The notes: generated from the letters alone by a model not told the origin. Shown: positions 1 through 11,227, numbered from the stretch's first letter. The stretch: 64,000 bases of DNA from Bacteroidota bacterium (GCA_027491355.1 JAIXWI010000041.1:27627-91626), one strand, 5' to 3'. Numbers and translations: made by a program.

Positions 1-43
1 GAAAACCCTTTTAGGTGGTTAATACACAATACGAGTTTATTTT

Positions 44-83
44 AAACCCGATTGCTTTTAAAACAAGTCATTCGGGTTTTTTT
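44..83 (+). terminator. Rho-independent terminator-like hairpin belonging to a gene upstream of the window
   Basis: AAACCCGA (44-51) pairs with TCGGGTTT (72-79) and is followed directly by a T-run to 83. Confidence 0.6.
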
Positions 84-170
84 ATGCTTTTTTATGTTTA
101 GAAATCAGCTAAATGACTTCAATTGTCAATTTATTTATCGATTTTTGCTGCCAAATGTAGCTAAGAACGC

Positions 171-1604
171 GTGAAGAAATTTTACCTTTTTATACTTCGA
201 AATTACTTAAAGGCATTTATCCCAACCTTTTTGATAGTTATGCTGATTTTGCTGATGCAAATCATTTGGCTATATGTAGATGAATTGGTTGGTAAAGGAT
301 TGGATTGGTTTGTAATTGCTGAATTACTGTTTTATTTCTCTGCAAGTTTAATACCTCAGGCATTGCCATTATCGGTTTTACTCTCTTCTATCATGACATT
401 TGGGAATTTAGGTGAAAGCTATGAACTGGTAGCAGCCAAAGCATCTGGAATTTCTATTTGGCGCATGTTTAAACCTATGTTGTTGTTGATGTTTATGATT
501 GCTTTGTTTGGCTTTTTTGTGTCTAATATTCTAATACCTATGGCCAACTTAAAGCGCAGTTCTTTGTTGTACGATGTAAGACAACAAAAACCTGCTTTGG
601 CCTTAAAAGAAGGTGTATTTAGTCAAGATATACCTGGCATTACAATGCGTATTGGTAGCAAAAATCACCAAACCCAAGAATTATACAACATTCTCATATA
701 CGACCACCGCGAAACACAACTGCAGGCTACTGTTCTGTTTGCCAAGAGAGGGGTCATGAAAATGAGTGAAGATAACCGTTATTTGTTTTTAACCCTTTAT
801 GATGGATCTAGGTATGAAGAATTAGAAAAAGTAAAAGGTTACCACCAGTCAAGACCTCATACCTCTACTTTTTTTACAGAAGAGCAAATCACTTTTGATT
901 TAAATAGTTTCAAGTTTAGTAGAACCGATGAAAACTTGTTCAAGCACCATTTTGAGATGTTGAATGTGATTGAATTGGAACATTCAACAGATTCGCTGAA
1001 TACTGTTATTGATGGAAAATACAGCAATTTAAACAAGTTCATTCAACCCTATTATTTTTTTACAAAATTAGGTGCCGATTCTATGCGCCAAATGTTATCG
1101 GGTAAAAGTTTACTCCCATTAAAAGATACCATTTATATCACCAGTTTATCAGGCAGCCAAACGGGAATGGTATACACCAATGCCCTAAACAATGCCAGAA
1201 CTGTTAGGAATGTGATAGAATATAGTTTAAATGAATTCAAAGAGTTAGAACAATTGCGAGCAAGACACCGCATAGAATGGCACCGAAAATTCATCTTATC
1301 ATTTGCATGCATTGTGATGTTTTTTATTGGAGCTCCATTGGGTTCAATTATCAGAAAAGGAGGGTTTGGACTACCAATTGTAGTTTCAGTTTTAATGTAT
1401 GTGTGTTACCATATTGTTTCACTTTCAGGTGAGAAGGCAGCCAAAACAATGGCATGGTCTCCTTTTGAAGGAATGTGGTTTGGAATAGGAGTTTTTGTAC
1501 CCCTTGGTTTGTTTTTAACTTGGAAGGCCGCTTCTGATTCAGGTATTTTTGACTTAGGTTGGTACAGGAAAATGGTAAAATTGGTTTTTAAAGCAAAATC
1601 ATAA
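171..1604 (+). CDS. LptF/LptG (YjgP/YjgQ) family LPS export permease
   Basis: 477 aa with a GTG start. Three hydrophobic helices at each end flank a soluble insert of about 230 aa. The N-terminus FILRNYLKAFIPTF is typical of the family. Confidence 0.75.
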   Translation: MKKFYLFILRNYLKAFIPTFLIVMLILLMQIIWLYVDELVGKGLDWFVIAELLFYFSASLIPQALPLSVLLSSIMTFGNLGESYELVAAKASGISIWRMFKPMLLLMFMIALFGFFVSNILIPMANLKRSSLLYDVRQQKPALALKEGVFSQDIPGITMRIGSKNHQTQELYNILIYDHRETQLQATVLFAKRGVMKMSEDNRYLFLTLYDGSRYEELEKVKGYHQSRPHTSTFFTEEQITFDLNSFKFSRTDENLFKHHFEMLNVIELEHSTDSLNTVIDGKYSNLNKFIQPYYFFTKLGADSMRQMLSGKSLLPLKDTIYITSLSGSQTGMVYTNALNNARTVRNVIEYSLNEFKELEQLRARHRIEWHRKFILSFACIVMFFIGAPLGSIIRKGGFGLPIVVSVLMYVCYHIVSLSGEKAAKTMAWSPFEGMWFGIGVFVPLGLFLTWKAASDSGIFDLGWYRKMVKLVFKAKS

Positions 1605-1609
1605 CGGGT

Positions 1610-2815
1610 ATGAAGATTTTGCAACTCATGAACCGATTTCCTTGGCCCCTCAAAGATGGTGGTGCATTGGGCTATTACAATTTTATAAAAGGATACCACG
1701 ATGCGGGTTGTCAGGTTACTGTTTTAACTTTCAATACCACTAAGCACTTTGTTGAATTTGATTCATTGCCTGAACAGGTTAAACAATTAGCAACCTTTCA
1801 CTTAGTACCTTTAGACAATAAAATTAATCCGTTTGCAGCTCTAGGCAATTTGTTATTCAGTCGTGAATCATACCATGTAAGTAGGTTTATCAGCCAAGAT
1901 TTTCATAAGGCCTTGCAAAATTTGCTCAATCAAGAACATTTTGATGTGGTGGTTTTTGAAAGTGTATTCATGGCTCCATATTTGAAAACAGTTCAATTAA
2001 ATAGTAAAGCTATAACTGTGCTCAGAGCCCACAATGTGGAGTATGAAATTTGGCAACGATTGTCTGTTCAAACTACCAATCCATTGAAAAAATTTTATTT
2101 GAATGTGTTGGCCAAACGGCTACAACATTTTGAAATGGGTTGTATGAACCAGTTTGATGCACTGACATTTGTTACTCAAACAGATGCGTTACATTTTAAG
2201 CAATTTGGTTTAAACAAACCAGCTTATGTTGCACCTACAGGCATTGACATTGTAAGACTGAAGCCTGATACAAATCAAATCATTCCAAATACCATTCTGC
2301 ACATTGGTTCAATGGATTGGATGCCAAACCAAGAAGCCGTTCAATGGTTCATTCAAGAAGTTTGGCCAGGATTAAGCGCAAAACATCCTCAGTTAGTTTT
2401 TAAAATTGCAGGTCGAAACATGCCGGGTCATTTTTATACATTCAATGGCAACGGTATAGCAGTGTTGGGAGAAGTAGAGGATGCCATTGCACTGATGCAG
2501 TCTGCAGCCATAATGGTTGTTCCTCTTTTTTCAGGGAGTGGCATCAGGATTAAAATTTTAGAAGGCATGGCGCTTGGGAAGTGCATAGTTTCTACCCAAT
2601 TAGGTTATTGTGGTATAGATGCTACAGATGGAAAGGACATCCATCTGGCTTCATCAGCCAATGATTTTATAAGGGTCATTTCAAACTTGTTAGACAATCC
2701 TTTGTTAATAACAAATACAAGCATAGCTGCAAGAAGACTCATTGAAGAACATTACGAAAGTAAAAGCATCATTCAAAAGCTCTTGCATTTTTATCAAACT
2801 ATAAAAAAACAGTAA
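1610..2815 (+). CDS. GT-B fold glycosyltransferase (GT4-like)
   Basis: 401 aa. C-terminal [21 protein letters not shown] is an EX7E-type motif. Rossmann-like N-terminus [15 protein letters not shown]. Confidence 0.8.
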   Translation: MKILQLMNRFPWPLKDGGALGYYNFIKGYHDAGCQVTVLTFNTTKHFVEFDSLPEQVKQLATFHLVPLDNKINPFAALGNLLFSRESYHVSRFISQDFHKALQNLLNQEHFDVVVFESVFMAPYLKTVQLNSKAITVLRAHNVEYEIWQRLSVQTTNPLKKFYLNVLAKRLQHFEMGCMNQFDALTFVTQTDALHFKQFGLNKPAYVAPTGIDIVRLKPDTNQIIPNTILHIGSMDWMPNQEAVQWFIQEVWPGLSAKHPQLVFKIAGRNMPGHFYTFNGNGIAVLGEVEDAIALMQSAAIMVVPLFSGSGIRIKILEGMALGKCIVSTQLGYCGIDATDGKDIHLASSANDFIRVISNLLDNPLLITNTSIAARRLIEEHYESKSIIQKLLHFYQTIKKQ

Positions 2816-2816
2816 A

Positions 2817-4031
2817 ATGGAACGCATACAATTCAATACCATTGAAGAAGCAATTGACGACATTCGTCAGGGTAAAATGATCATAGTAGTTGATGATGAA
2901 GACAGAGAAAATGAAGGAGATTTTTTAACGGCAGCTAGAAATGTTACTCCTGAAATCATCAATTTCATGAGCAAAGAAGGTCGGGGTTTGATTTGTGCTC
3001 CTCTAATTGAGGAGAGATGTGAAGCACTCCAATTAAATTTAATGGTCAATGACAATACCACCTCACATGGTACTCCTTTTACTGTTTCAATAGATTTATT
3101 AGGTAAAGGTTGTACAACAGGTATTTCTGCTCATGACAGAGCCAAAACATTTCAAGCATTGGTTGATCCTAATACCAAACCAGAAGATTTTGGTAAACCA
3201 GGACATATTTTTCCATTAAAAGCAAGAAAAGAAGGTGTTCTTAGAAGAGCAGGTCACACAGAAGCAGCCATTGATTTTGCCAGACTTGCAGGTTTTGAAC
3301 CAGCTGGGTGCATAGTTGAAATTATGAATGAAGATGGTTCAATGGCAAGGGTTCCTGATTTGGTTAAAATTGCCTCTAAGTTTGATATGAAGCTGGTGAG
3401 CATTAAAGATTTAATTGCATACAGACTTGAGAAAGAATCTTTAGTTAAAAAAGTTATTTCGGTTGAAATGCCAACACAGTATGGCAATTTTATATTGACT
3501 GCTTACCAACAAAAAGATACGGGAGAGGAACACCTTGTTTTACAAAAAGGTAACTGGGAACAGGATGAACCTGTTTTGGTAAGAGTTCATTCTTCTTGTA
3601 TAACTGGTGATATTTTTCATTCTATGCGATGCGATTGCGGAGACCAATTACACCAGGCCATGAAAATGATAGAACAAGAAGGCAAGGGAGTGGTTTTGTA
3701 TATTAACCAAGAGGGCAGGGGCATTGGCTTAATCAACAAATTGAAAGCATATAAATTACAAGAGCAAGGCTTAGATACCGTTGAAGCAAATTTACAATTG
3801 GGTTTTAAAATGGACGAACGAGATTATGGTGTTGGCGCGCAAATTTTAAGAGATTTAGGTATTCAAAAAATGCGCTTAATGACCAACAATCCAACCAAAA
3901 GAGCTGGTTTAATTGGATATGGTTTGGAAATAGTAGAAAATGTTCCTATCACTACACACCCTAATTTGCACAATCAGAAATACCTTGCTACCAAAAAAGA
4001 TAAAATGGGGCACGAGTTGAACCCTTCTTAA
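2817..4031 (+). CDS. ribBA: Bifunctional 3,4-dihydroxy-2-butanone-4-phosphate synthase / GTP cyclohydrolase II
   Basis: [10 protein letters not shown] (DHBP synthase signature) in the N-terminal half. [20 protein letters not shown] (GCH-II zinc site) in the C-terminal half. Confidence 0.95.
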   Translation: MERIQFNTIEEAIDDIRQGKMIIVVDDEDRENEGDFLTAARNVTPEIINFMSKEGRGLICAPLIEERCEALQLNLMVNDNTTSHGTPFTVSIDLLGKGCTTGISAHDRAKTFQALVDPNTKPEDFGKPGHIFPLKARKEGVLRRAGHTEAAIDFARLAGFEPAGCIVEIMNEDGSMARVPDLVKIASKFDMKLVSIKDLIAYRLEKESLVKKVISVEMPTQYGNFILTAYQQKDTGEEHLVLQKGNWEQDEPVLVRVHSSCITGDIFHSMRCDCGDQLHQAMKMIEQEGKGVVLYINQEGRGIGLINKLKAYKLQEQGLDTVEANLQLGFKMDERDYGVGAQILRDLGIQKMRLMTNNPTKRAGLIGYGLEIVENVPITTHPNLHNQKYLATKKDKMGHELNPS

Positions 4032-4039
4032 CAGTTGCA

Positions 4040-4540
4040 ATGATGATTGAGGCTTATCAAAAAATACTTCAACAAGCGTCCAACAAAAAGGTTGAAAATA
4101 AAAAGTTTTTAGATCGTCTAAAAAAACAAAAGCCCAATGGTATAGACCAATTGTTTCAGCAATTAAACGATGAGGTTTTTGAAGAGGTTGATTGCTTAAA
4201 ATGTGCCAATTGTTGTGCTACTACTGGCCCTATGTTGTTAAATAAAGACATTGACAGGATGGCTAAAACTCAACAGTTAAGACCTGCAACATTCACCGAA
4301 AAGTACTTGAGAATTGACGAAGATGGTGATTATGTTTTCAAAGCAATGCCCTGTCCTTTTTTAGGAGCTGATAAATATTGTGGCATATATGATGACCGTC
4401 CAAATGCATGCCGAGCGTATCCTCACTTACACCAAAGAAACATGCTTCAAAAAATGACAATCACTTACCATAACAGTTTAATTTGCCCTGCAGTTGCCAA
4501 AGCCATAGAAAAGCTGAAAACTCATTTTGATTTTGGTTGA
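4040..4540 (+). CDS. YkgJ-family cysteine-cluster protein (UPF0153)
   Basis: CLKCANCC plus CPFL...YCGIYDDRPNACRAYP cysteine pattern. Confidence 0.75.
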   Translation: MMIEAYQKILQQASNKKVENKKFLDRLKKQKPNGIDQLFQQLNDEVFEEVDCLKCANCCATTGPMLLNKDIDRMAKTQQLRPATFTEKYLRIDEDGDYVFKAMPCPFLGADKYCGIYDDRPNACRAYPHLHQRNMLQKMTITYHNSLICPAVAKAIEKLKTHFDFG

Positions 4541-5541
4541 ACTTTTTCAGTTTTAGGGTTTTGAGGGGTTGTTGTTGTTGGAGAGGTATTCGTAAGAGTT
4601 GTTTTTGAAGACTTTTTGACCAATCCATAACTTTGTATGAAAAAGGTTTTACTAGCAGCTGGATCTTTACCAAAGCGGTAACTCAAGCCAATAGCATGAC
4701 TTTGTTTAGTCACAGCAAATATTTGTGTAGCCGGCATATTGTAGTTGTAAAATAAATTCAAACGTTCTTTGGTTTTAACATAAACCAAGGCGCCAATTTG
4801 ATTGCTAGGTGAGAAATTTATTCCAACTCCTAAAGTTCTATCAAGTACGAGCATGCCTGAAAACTGAAGTGTAAGTGGAATGTTGGTAGATGTACTTGCT
4901 AGAGCTGAAGCCTCCACCGACAAATGGTTGTTAACTTCAGTATTGTACCAAGCTTGCATTGATAATACAGGTTGTTCAGTTGCTTGTATAAAACGGTATC
5001 TTTTTTGTGGAATTAAATTTGAACAACTCATTCCAATTAAAAAATGATCAGGCTTGTACACAGCTAAACCTGCATCAAAATTATTAACTGGAATACCGTT
5101 TAAATTACTTGAAAGTAGTAGGTCGTCATTGTCAATTACTTTTTGGTTGCCCAACGACAAATAACTCTGGCTGAGCACATGTTTCATTCCCATTGATAAA
5201 TTTACAGTGCGGCTCAAATTTAAATGATATGCAAAGGCATTACTTATTGCATAACTGCTTACTGGTCCTGCATGGTCACTATAAATGGCTGTATTCCAAC
5301 CAGTATTTTCACTGAAAACTTTATCGTAAGCTAAAAACAATGTTTGCGGAGCTCCTTGTATACCAACCCATCTTGCCTCGTATCCCAATTGCAGTTGATT
5401 GTTCATTAATCCTGCAATGGCTGGGTTGATACCTGCCGGATTAAATAAATACTGATTGGTTCCGGTATTTATTTGTGCATTTACCTGAAGTAAATACCCT
5501 ATGCTTAAAAAAGTTAAAATGTATTGTTTAATCTGATTCAT
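4522..5541 (-). CDS. PorP/SprF family type IX secretion membrane protein
   Basis: Signal peptide ending VNAQ followed by NQYLFNPAGINPAIAG, the family's N-terminal motif. Lies immediately downstream of a type B CTD cargo gene. Confidence 0.85.
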   Translation of the reverse strand: MNQIKQYILTFLSIGYLLQVNAQINTGTNQYLFNPAGINPAIAGLMNNQLQLGYEARWVGIQGAPQTLFLAYDKVFSENTGWNTAIYSDHAGPVSSYAISNAFAYHLNLSRTVNLSMGMKHVLSQSYLSLGNQKVIDNDDLLLSSNLNGIPVNNFDAGLAVYKPDHFLIGMSCSNLIPQKRYRFIQATEQPVLSMQAWYNTEVNNHLSVEASALASTSTNIPLTLQFSGMLVLDRTLGVGINFSPSNQIGALVYVKTKERLNLFYNYNMPATQIFAVTKQSHAIGLSYRFGKDPAASKTFFIQSYGLVKKSSKTTLTNTSPTTTTPQNPKTEKVQPKSK

Positions 5542-5552
5542 TTTTAGTTGAA

Positions 5553-8500
5553 TTACCTGATGAGATAAATGTAACCTGTATGCGATTTGTTATTGGTTTT
5601 GGTAATGAATACATAGTAGTAAGTGTCGTTTGGTAAATATCCATTGTTCCCACTCATTAAAGTACCAATACTTACCTTTCCATCCCAATTGTTGCTATAG
5701 TTGAAGGTATGATATACCAATTCTCCCCAACGGTTGTAAATGCTCAATTCATTTTCTGGAAAATCTTCTATTCCTTTAATCACAAAGTTATCGTTTTTAC
5801 CATCCCCATTTGGTGAAAACCCTTCAGGAATGTATAAACCACATTTGTAAGTTGGCGTACCCTCTAAAGCTATTTCAACAGAGTCTTTGCAGCCCAATGA
5901 GTCAATTACAACGGCTTTGAAATTACCTGCTTTTAAACTCCTCATCAATGAATCTTTGGTTGCTTTTCCATTCCATGTAAACTGATATGGTGCTCTTCCT
6001 CCATAAGGTGTTAATAATACAATGCCATCTGTATCAGACTCACAAACCAATTGTTTAACAACTTCTGCACTGATTGCCACCGGATCAGGCTCTATTAACA
6101 CTATACTATCTGTTTTTGTACAACCTCTTTGGTCTGTTACTGAAAAGGTGTAAATACCCTTTGGTAATTGAACCAATTGTTGACTTGAACCAAAACCAAT
6201 CCATCCAGAACTTTGATATGGAGTGCTTCCGCCATTTATAATGGCTTTGACACTACCATTTGCTTTACCAAAACAAGTAATAGGTGATTTGATGCTTAAT
6301 AGCAAATTGATTGCAGAGGCAGGATTGGTAATTATTACGCTATCTGAAACAGTACAACCTAGTTCATCAGTTGCAGTAACTGTATATGTTCCAGGCCCTA
6401 TATTGTTGTAAACAGAATCATTGACATTGCCCGGTAACCAGTTGAAAGTTGTATTTCCTTTACCTCCTGTTGCATTTACTTTCACACTGCCGTTATTGTC
6501 ATTGAAACAAATGATATCTTGTTTGCTCAGGTTTATTTTTAGTGGCGGGTTCAATTCAATCCAAACACTGTCAGTAAAAGTACAATTGTTGTTTACAACT
6601 GAGCAGTAGATCCAACCAGTAAAATCTTTCAATACTATTGGATTACCAGTCTCTCCGTTGCTCCAATTGTAGTTGTCAAAACCATCAGGTGCCGTTAAAA
6701 TTATAGTATCTGATTCACAAGAAAGCTTGGCGATGGTATCGAAACTGAAACGAAAATTATTGGGTTCGACCACAGTTCTTATTTGAAAAGAACAAGCGCC
6801 ATCACCACTGTAATTGTATGCTTTGGGAATAGCTGTAAACTGCTGGTTTATTTTTGGTATCAAAAGCAAACTATCACCTGTTTGATTACTTGGTAACCAC
6901 GTTACTCTATTTTTATTTTCAACTATTTCTAGTAAGCCATAAATTTGTGAATAACAAGGGTCGTTTGCAGCATTGTCATCATCTAGCATGGTATTCCAAC
7001 TAAAAGGTTCGGAACAACTACTATTCATCATGTACACGTAATCTTCACCTTGATTATTTGAAGGTGCATTCGAATTCCAATTTGTGTAGGTACCAGGGTC
7101 ACAATTCATCCATACAAATTCATTGTTTTGATTACGCATCATACCTAACCATACATTTTTCTTTACAATTCTTTGTATGAATTTTTGTTCAGCAGTGTCG
7201 TTAATAATTGCCAAATAGCCACCTACAGACAGTGCTTTTTTAGCAGCATCAGACCAATTGCTTCTATTTGTAGCTACATAATAATAATGTCCTAAATACC
7301 TACCTAAATAAGTGTAACCAGGTAAAGTACTGCCATTGATGTATTTGTTTCTGACAGGACCTCCATAAGGATTGCAATTGTCGTTCCAGTTGATATTAAA
7401 TAATGTTGGACTGTTCATGCAGACTTGATTAAAAGTATCTTGCATTAAGTTGGCTCTATTGATAGCAAAAAATGAGCTATCTGTTCCTGAACAACCACCT
7501 TTACTGATATGAACCCTATACCATGTTGCTTGATTAAAAAGTGTGTTTGGGGTTTGATCTCCATTGCTCCAACTGTATTTTTCAAATCCACTTGGAGCCT
7601 GAACTGCATAGCCTGAATTGCCACAATAATAAATTGTATCAGGTAAGAATTGAATAGATAATTTATTGCTTACACTCACTTTAACAGTATCATAGCAATA
7701 GTTTCCAGGTGTACCAACTCTTGCCCAATAATTTGTGTTGGTTAACAATCCAGGTATCTGAATATTTTCTGTTGTATCTCCTGTTGACCATAAAATTCCT
7801 GTAGCTTTTCTAAGTCTAATTTGAAAATTGTCAATACTCCAACTTTCATTGCAGGCAACTAATTCAGTGTCTATCAATGTCCCTATCCATTTAAATTGCA
7901 GGGCAGTATCTTGGTGCGCAAACTTTTTACTGATACGGTATAAAGTGGTATTAGCAGAAGAATTATTAAAGCATCTTCTTGGCAAACCTGTCTGTGAGGC
8001 ATCTTGTTTTGCAGGAAAACTTCCACTATTGAACATTGCATAACTTTGGGTACAACTTGTATTGTTTGAGAAAGTATTGGAAACCGAATTTTGCTGATCT
8101 AATTGCCATGTCAATTGATCCGGACCTGTTAAAGAGCAATCACCCTCCCATGTATCATGTATGTATAAATCAAAAGCAATTTCTACAGAATCGTGTGGAA
8201 TCAATCTGCCTAACTTAAATTGTAAAGTGTCGTTATGAAAGAAACCTAGAACCTTACTACCATTGTAAGTGAAGGTTGATTGTTTATTGAAGCCATTAAA
8301 TGGAGGTAATCCAGAAAAATTTTCGTTGTAATAATCTACAAAAAAAGCTGGAGATTTTGGTCCCCGAATTTGAAATGGGGTATTGATACAAATTGAAGTA
8401 TCTGGAGTAACAATGCTTGCATTGTTGATGAGGGCATATACACTGTCAAAACCAAAACAACCACCATTACCTGTTACTTTTACTTTATGCCAACCACTTG

Positions 8501-11087
8501 TAGTTGCATAAATAGATGAACTTACTGCCCCAGTATTCCATAAGTAACTATTGAAGCCATTTTGAGCCTGTATAAAAATACTGTCTTGGTTACATGTTTT
8601 AAGTGAATCGCTTGTTATGATGCCATTAATTCTAGGAATGGTAATTTTTATTGCATCAGAACAGGTTGTATTTCCTTTTTTTACACTTAATAAATAAGTA
8701 ACATCATTGTTTGGTTGAACAACTATAGATGGGGTTGTAGCACCTGTAGACCAAGTATAAGAAATAGTGAATACTTCTGGGTCAATTTCCAATATGCCAT
8801 AGATGTTGTTTAGGCAAGTATCGCTAGCTATGTTATCTAATTCAGTATGTTGTCCCCATTTTCCTGAGTTGATACAGTTTTTATTTTGAAGAAAAACATA
8901 GTCTTCACCAACAACATCTGTAGGTTCGTTTGTTTTAAAATTACTGTAATCAAAATTTTCACAATTCATCCATCGGAATGTTCTGTTAGTAGCATCTCTG
9001 AACAGGCCAAGCCATAAATTGTTGTCTGCAATACCAGCCAAAAATTCTTGCTCAGATTCGGAATTGATTACAGCTAAATTTCCACCAGCATTCAATGCTT
9101 GTTGAGCTGCAACATTCCAACCACTTCTGCTTGTTGATTTGTAATAATAATGTCCTTGGAAACTACCTATGTACTGGTAACCACTGATAACCTGACCTGG
9201 TAGGTAACCACTTAGTTTTTGTGGCGCACCCAATGGGTTACAATTAAATGTTGGAAAAGCATTGAGTTGTATGGGTGATCCAGCACAAAGCAAGGTGTCA
9301 TTTTGCACAATTTTGCCAATAGCCATTTTTACATAAATACTGTCTGTAGCAAAGCATTGGGAACTTGAAACGCCTGCAGTACATGTGTACCAACCTTCCT
9401 TTTGAACTTCATTGTTTCGGCCATTTGTACCATTACTCCAAACATAGGTATCAAACCCTAATGGCGCTATTAACTTAACTGTATCTTGGTTGCAACTCAC
9501 CAATGTATCTGGCCCTAAATTTAGCGTCAAAGTATTGCCTTTGTTACAACTGAATACATTGCTAAATGTGTGTTGTTGGTTTACAGCGAATCCAGTTTTA
9601 ATGGTTTGAGTTCCATTAGGCCAATAGATGATTAAGCTATCAACAATGTTTTGTTTACCCAATCCGAATGTGATTTTTTCTGAACCATAATAGCCATTTG
9701 CACCTAAAGCGTTACTTCCAAAATGTCTGTTACGTTTAATATTACCAGCTTTTACATAAATTCTTGCACCTCTTGCATCTGCGCTGCCGTTACAGTTTAA
9801 TAACTTAACACTGATGTATCGGTTTGATAAATTACCGTTTGTGTTTTTAAGCAATTGCGACGATTCACATCTGTTGGCATCTCCGTATTTGAATATGTCC
9901 ATCAGGCCATCATTGTTGTAGTCGAAAAGGACAATTTTTTTAGAAGCCAACGAATTGTAATAACAGGTATTTAAAACTAAATTTTGTTGACTGGTAAAAA
10001 CATTGTTTCCGTTGTTTACTTGCAAAACAGGTAGAATAGAGTCATTACTGGTAGCATTACTTCTCACTTGCCATAAAACATCCTGGTCTCCATCATTTTC
10101 TAAATCAAATACAAATGAATTGATATAATCTTTGTTGTTACCTGTTTGATAGGTATCAAACAACATAGTTGCATCGGTAAATGTGAAGTTGCCGTTATTT
10201 ATAAATACTTTGTTCCTGTTGTTATTTGGTCCTACGCCAAGTACTTCTTTTGTTCCTAATAAAATATCTAACAAGCCATCATTGTTGAGGTCAGTTAAAT
10301 TTGCAAATCCAATACTTGAACACAATGGAAAAGTTGAAGTACCAGCAATTGAAAAACCACCAACTAAATTGTTTTCATACAAAAAAATTTCATCAGCAGC
10401 TAATTCTGACGTTTGTTTGATTAATAGAATATCATCAGCACCATTGTTGTCAAAATCACCCATGCTTAAAATTGGGTTGGCACTGTTGCCAAAGCCAGTA
10501 ATTAAATTAGAGATTACAGAAAATTGATTGCCGTCATTGATTAAAGCACAAACAATCCGTTCATTGATTGAACCACTTATTCTTGTAAACACAAGGTCTA
10601 AATCCCCATCTCTTTCAATATCACTGATTTGAATAATAGGATCTCTATTGGCAGGGGAAAGAATAAATTGAATTCCCTGAGGGATGCCCAAATTCAAGGT
10701 TGTTTCAGTAAAAGTATTTCCACAATTGTTTCTAAACAATCGAAAAAACAAACCGTTTTGAACCATACAAATGTCTTGAAATCCATCTGAGTTGTAATCG
10801 AATGAAAAGGCTGAGAAAGACTCATCCAAGGCAGTGATTGTTGGTAAACCTGCGGCAGTTGTTGATTCGAAGAATTTTCCAGACACATTTTTAAATAGCT
10901 TTACCTGTTTTTGCTGATTGTTGAGCATTAATAAGTCTTCCCAGCCATCGTTGTTAAAATCAAGTACATCCAAAATTTGGGTTTGGTTAGTATCAATACC
11001 TGCTGCTAAATTTACATTTTCGAATACTTGAGCAGTCAAGTTAAAACAGGTAAATACCAATAAAAGAGACAATAATTTAATATTCAT
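5553..11087 (-). CDS. Giant T9SS-secreted adhesin with FG-GAP/VCBS repeats, an ASPIC/UnbV-like region, two C-type lectin domains, SprB-like repeats and a type B (gliding motility-associated) C-terminal domain
   Basis: Likely ATG at 11087 (MNIKLLSLLLVF..AQ signal); the ORF extends to a GTG at 11126. Repeated xNNDGxxD(I/L)L motifs. ARGARIYVKAGN...IIYWPNG. Two GHYYY...WLG(L/M)..W(M)NC lectin modules (about 8780-9245 and 6920-7380). CxxxxNGS..GG..PYxF repeats. C-terminal FSPNGDGKNDNFVIKG...IYNRWGELVY. Confidence 0.85.
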   Translation of the reverse strand: MNIKLLSLLLVFTCFNLTAQVFENVNLAAGIDTNQTQILDVLDFNNDGWEDLLMLNNQQKQVKLFKNVSGKFFESTTAAGLPTITALDESFSAFSFDYNSDGFQDICMVQNGLFFRLFRNNCGNTFTETTLNLGIPQGIQFILSPANRDPIIQISDIERDGDLDLVFTRISGSINERIVCALINDGNQFSVISNLITGFGNSANPILSMGDFDNNGADDILLIKQTSELAADEIFLYENNLVGGFSIAGTSTFPLCSSIGFANLTDLNNDGLLDILLGTKEVLGVGPNNNRNKVFINNGNFTFTDATMLFDTYQTGNNKDYINSFVFDLENDGDQDVLWQVRSNATSNDSILPVLQVNNGNNVFTSQQNLVLNTCYYNSLASKKIVLFDYNNDGLMDIFKYGDANRCESSQLLKNTNGNLSNRYISVKLLNCNGSADARGARIYVKAGNIKRNRHFGSNALGANGYYGSEKITFGLGKQNIVDSLIIYWPNGTQTIKTGFAVNQQHTFSNVFSCNKGNTLTLNLGPDTLVSCNQDTVKLIAPLGFDTYVWSNGTNGRNNEVQKEGWYTCTAGVSSSQCFATDSIYVKMAIGKIVQNDTLLCAGSPIQLNAFPTFNCNPLGAPQKLSGYLPGQVISGYQYIGSFQGHYYYKSTSRSGWNVAAQQALNAGGNLAVINSESEQEFLAGIADNNLWLGLFRDATNRTFRWMNCENFDYSNFKTNEPTDVVGEDYVFLQNKNCINSGKWGQHTELDNIASDTCLNNIYGILEIDPEVFTISYTWSTGATTPSIVVQPNNDVTYLLSVKKGNTTCSDAIKITIPRINGIITSDSLKTCNQDSIFIQAQNGFNSYLWNTGAVSSSIYATTSGWHKVKVTGNGGCFGFDSVYALINNASIVTPDTSICINTPFQIRGPKSPAFFVDYYNENFSGLPPFNGFNKQSTFTYNGSKVLGFFHNDTLQFKLGRLIPHDSVEIAFDLYIHDTWEGDCSLTGPDQLTWQLDQQNSVSNTFSNNTSCTQSYAMFNSGSFPAKQDASQTGLPRRCFNNSSANTTLYRISKKFAHQDTALQFKWIGTLIDTELVACNESWSIDNFQIRLRKATGILWSTGDTTENIQIPGLLTNTNYWARVGTPGNYCYDTVKVSVSNKLSIQFLPDTIYYCGNSGYAVQAPSGFEKYSWSNGDQTPNTLFNQATWYRVHISKGGCSGTDSSFFAINRANLMQDTFNQVCMNSPTLFNINWNDNCNPYGGPVRNKYINGSTLPGYTYLGRYLGHYYYVATNRSNWSDAAKKALSVGGYLAIINDTAEQKFIQRIVKKNVWLGMMRNQNNEFVWMNCDPGTYTNWNSNAPSNNQGEDYVYMMNSSCSEPFSWNTMLDDDNAANDPCYSQIYGLLEIVENKNRVTWLPSNQTGDSLLLIPKINQQFTAIPKAYNYSGDGACSFQIRTVVEPNNFRFSFDTIAKLSCESDTIILTAPDGFDNYNWSNGETGNPIVLKDFTGWIYCSVVNNNCTFTDSVWIELNPPLKINLSKQDIICFNDNNGSVKVNATGGKGNTTFNWLPGNVNDSVYNNIGPGTYTVTATDELGCTVSDSVIITNPASAINLLLSIKSPITCFGKANGSVKAIINGGSTPYQSSGWIGFGSSQQLVQLPKGIYTFSVTDQRGCTKTDSIVLIEPDPVAISAEVVKQLVCESDTDGIVLLTPYGGRAPYQFTWNGKATKDSLMRSLKAGNFKAVVIDSLGCKDSVEIALEGTPTYKCGLYIPEGFSPNGDGKNDNFVIKGIEDFPENELSIYNRWGELVYHTFNYSNNWDGKVSIGTLMSGNNGYLPNDTYYYVFITKTNNKSHTGYIYLIR

Positions 11088-11227
11088 CTTGCATGAAATA
11101 GTTTTAGGGCAATTAAATTCTTGCACAATTTAGTGCATTTCAGTGCCTTAAACTGTTTCTATGGCGCTGATAACATACACATTGGAATGTAAATCGGAGC
11201 ATTTATTGGACAGTATGTCTTTGCTAA

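Noticed and set aside
2700-2830. FMN riboswitch upstream of ribBA
   Set aside because: ribBA starts 2 nt after the glycosyltransferase stop, leaving no room for a leader.
10183-10527. Antisense ORFs inside long genes (also 26870-27298, 40175-40534, 51087-51509, 53870-54232, 62011-62379, 18922-19251)
   Set aside because: These are shadow ORFs opposite well-supported genes. Their composition is low-complexity or biased, and they have no independent start or promoter context.
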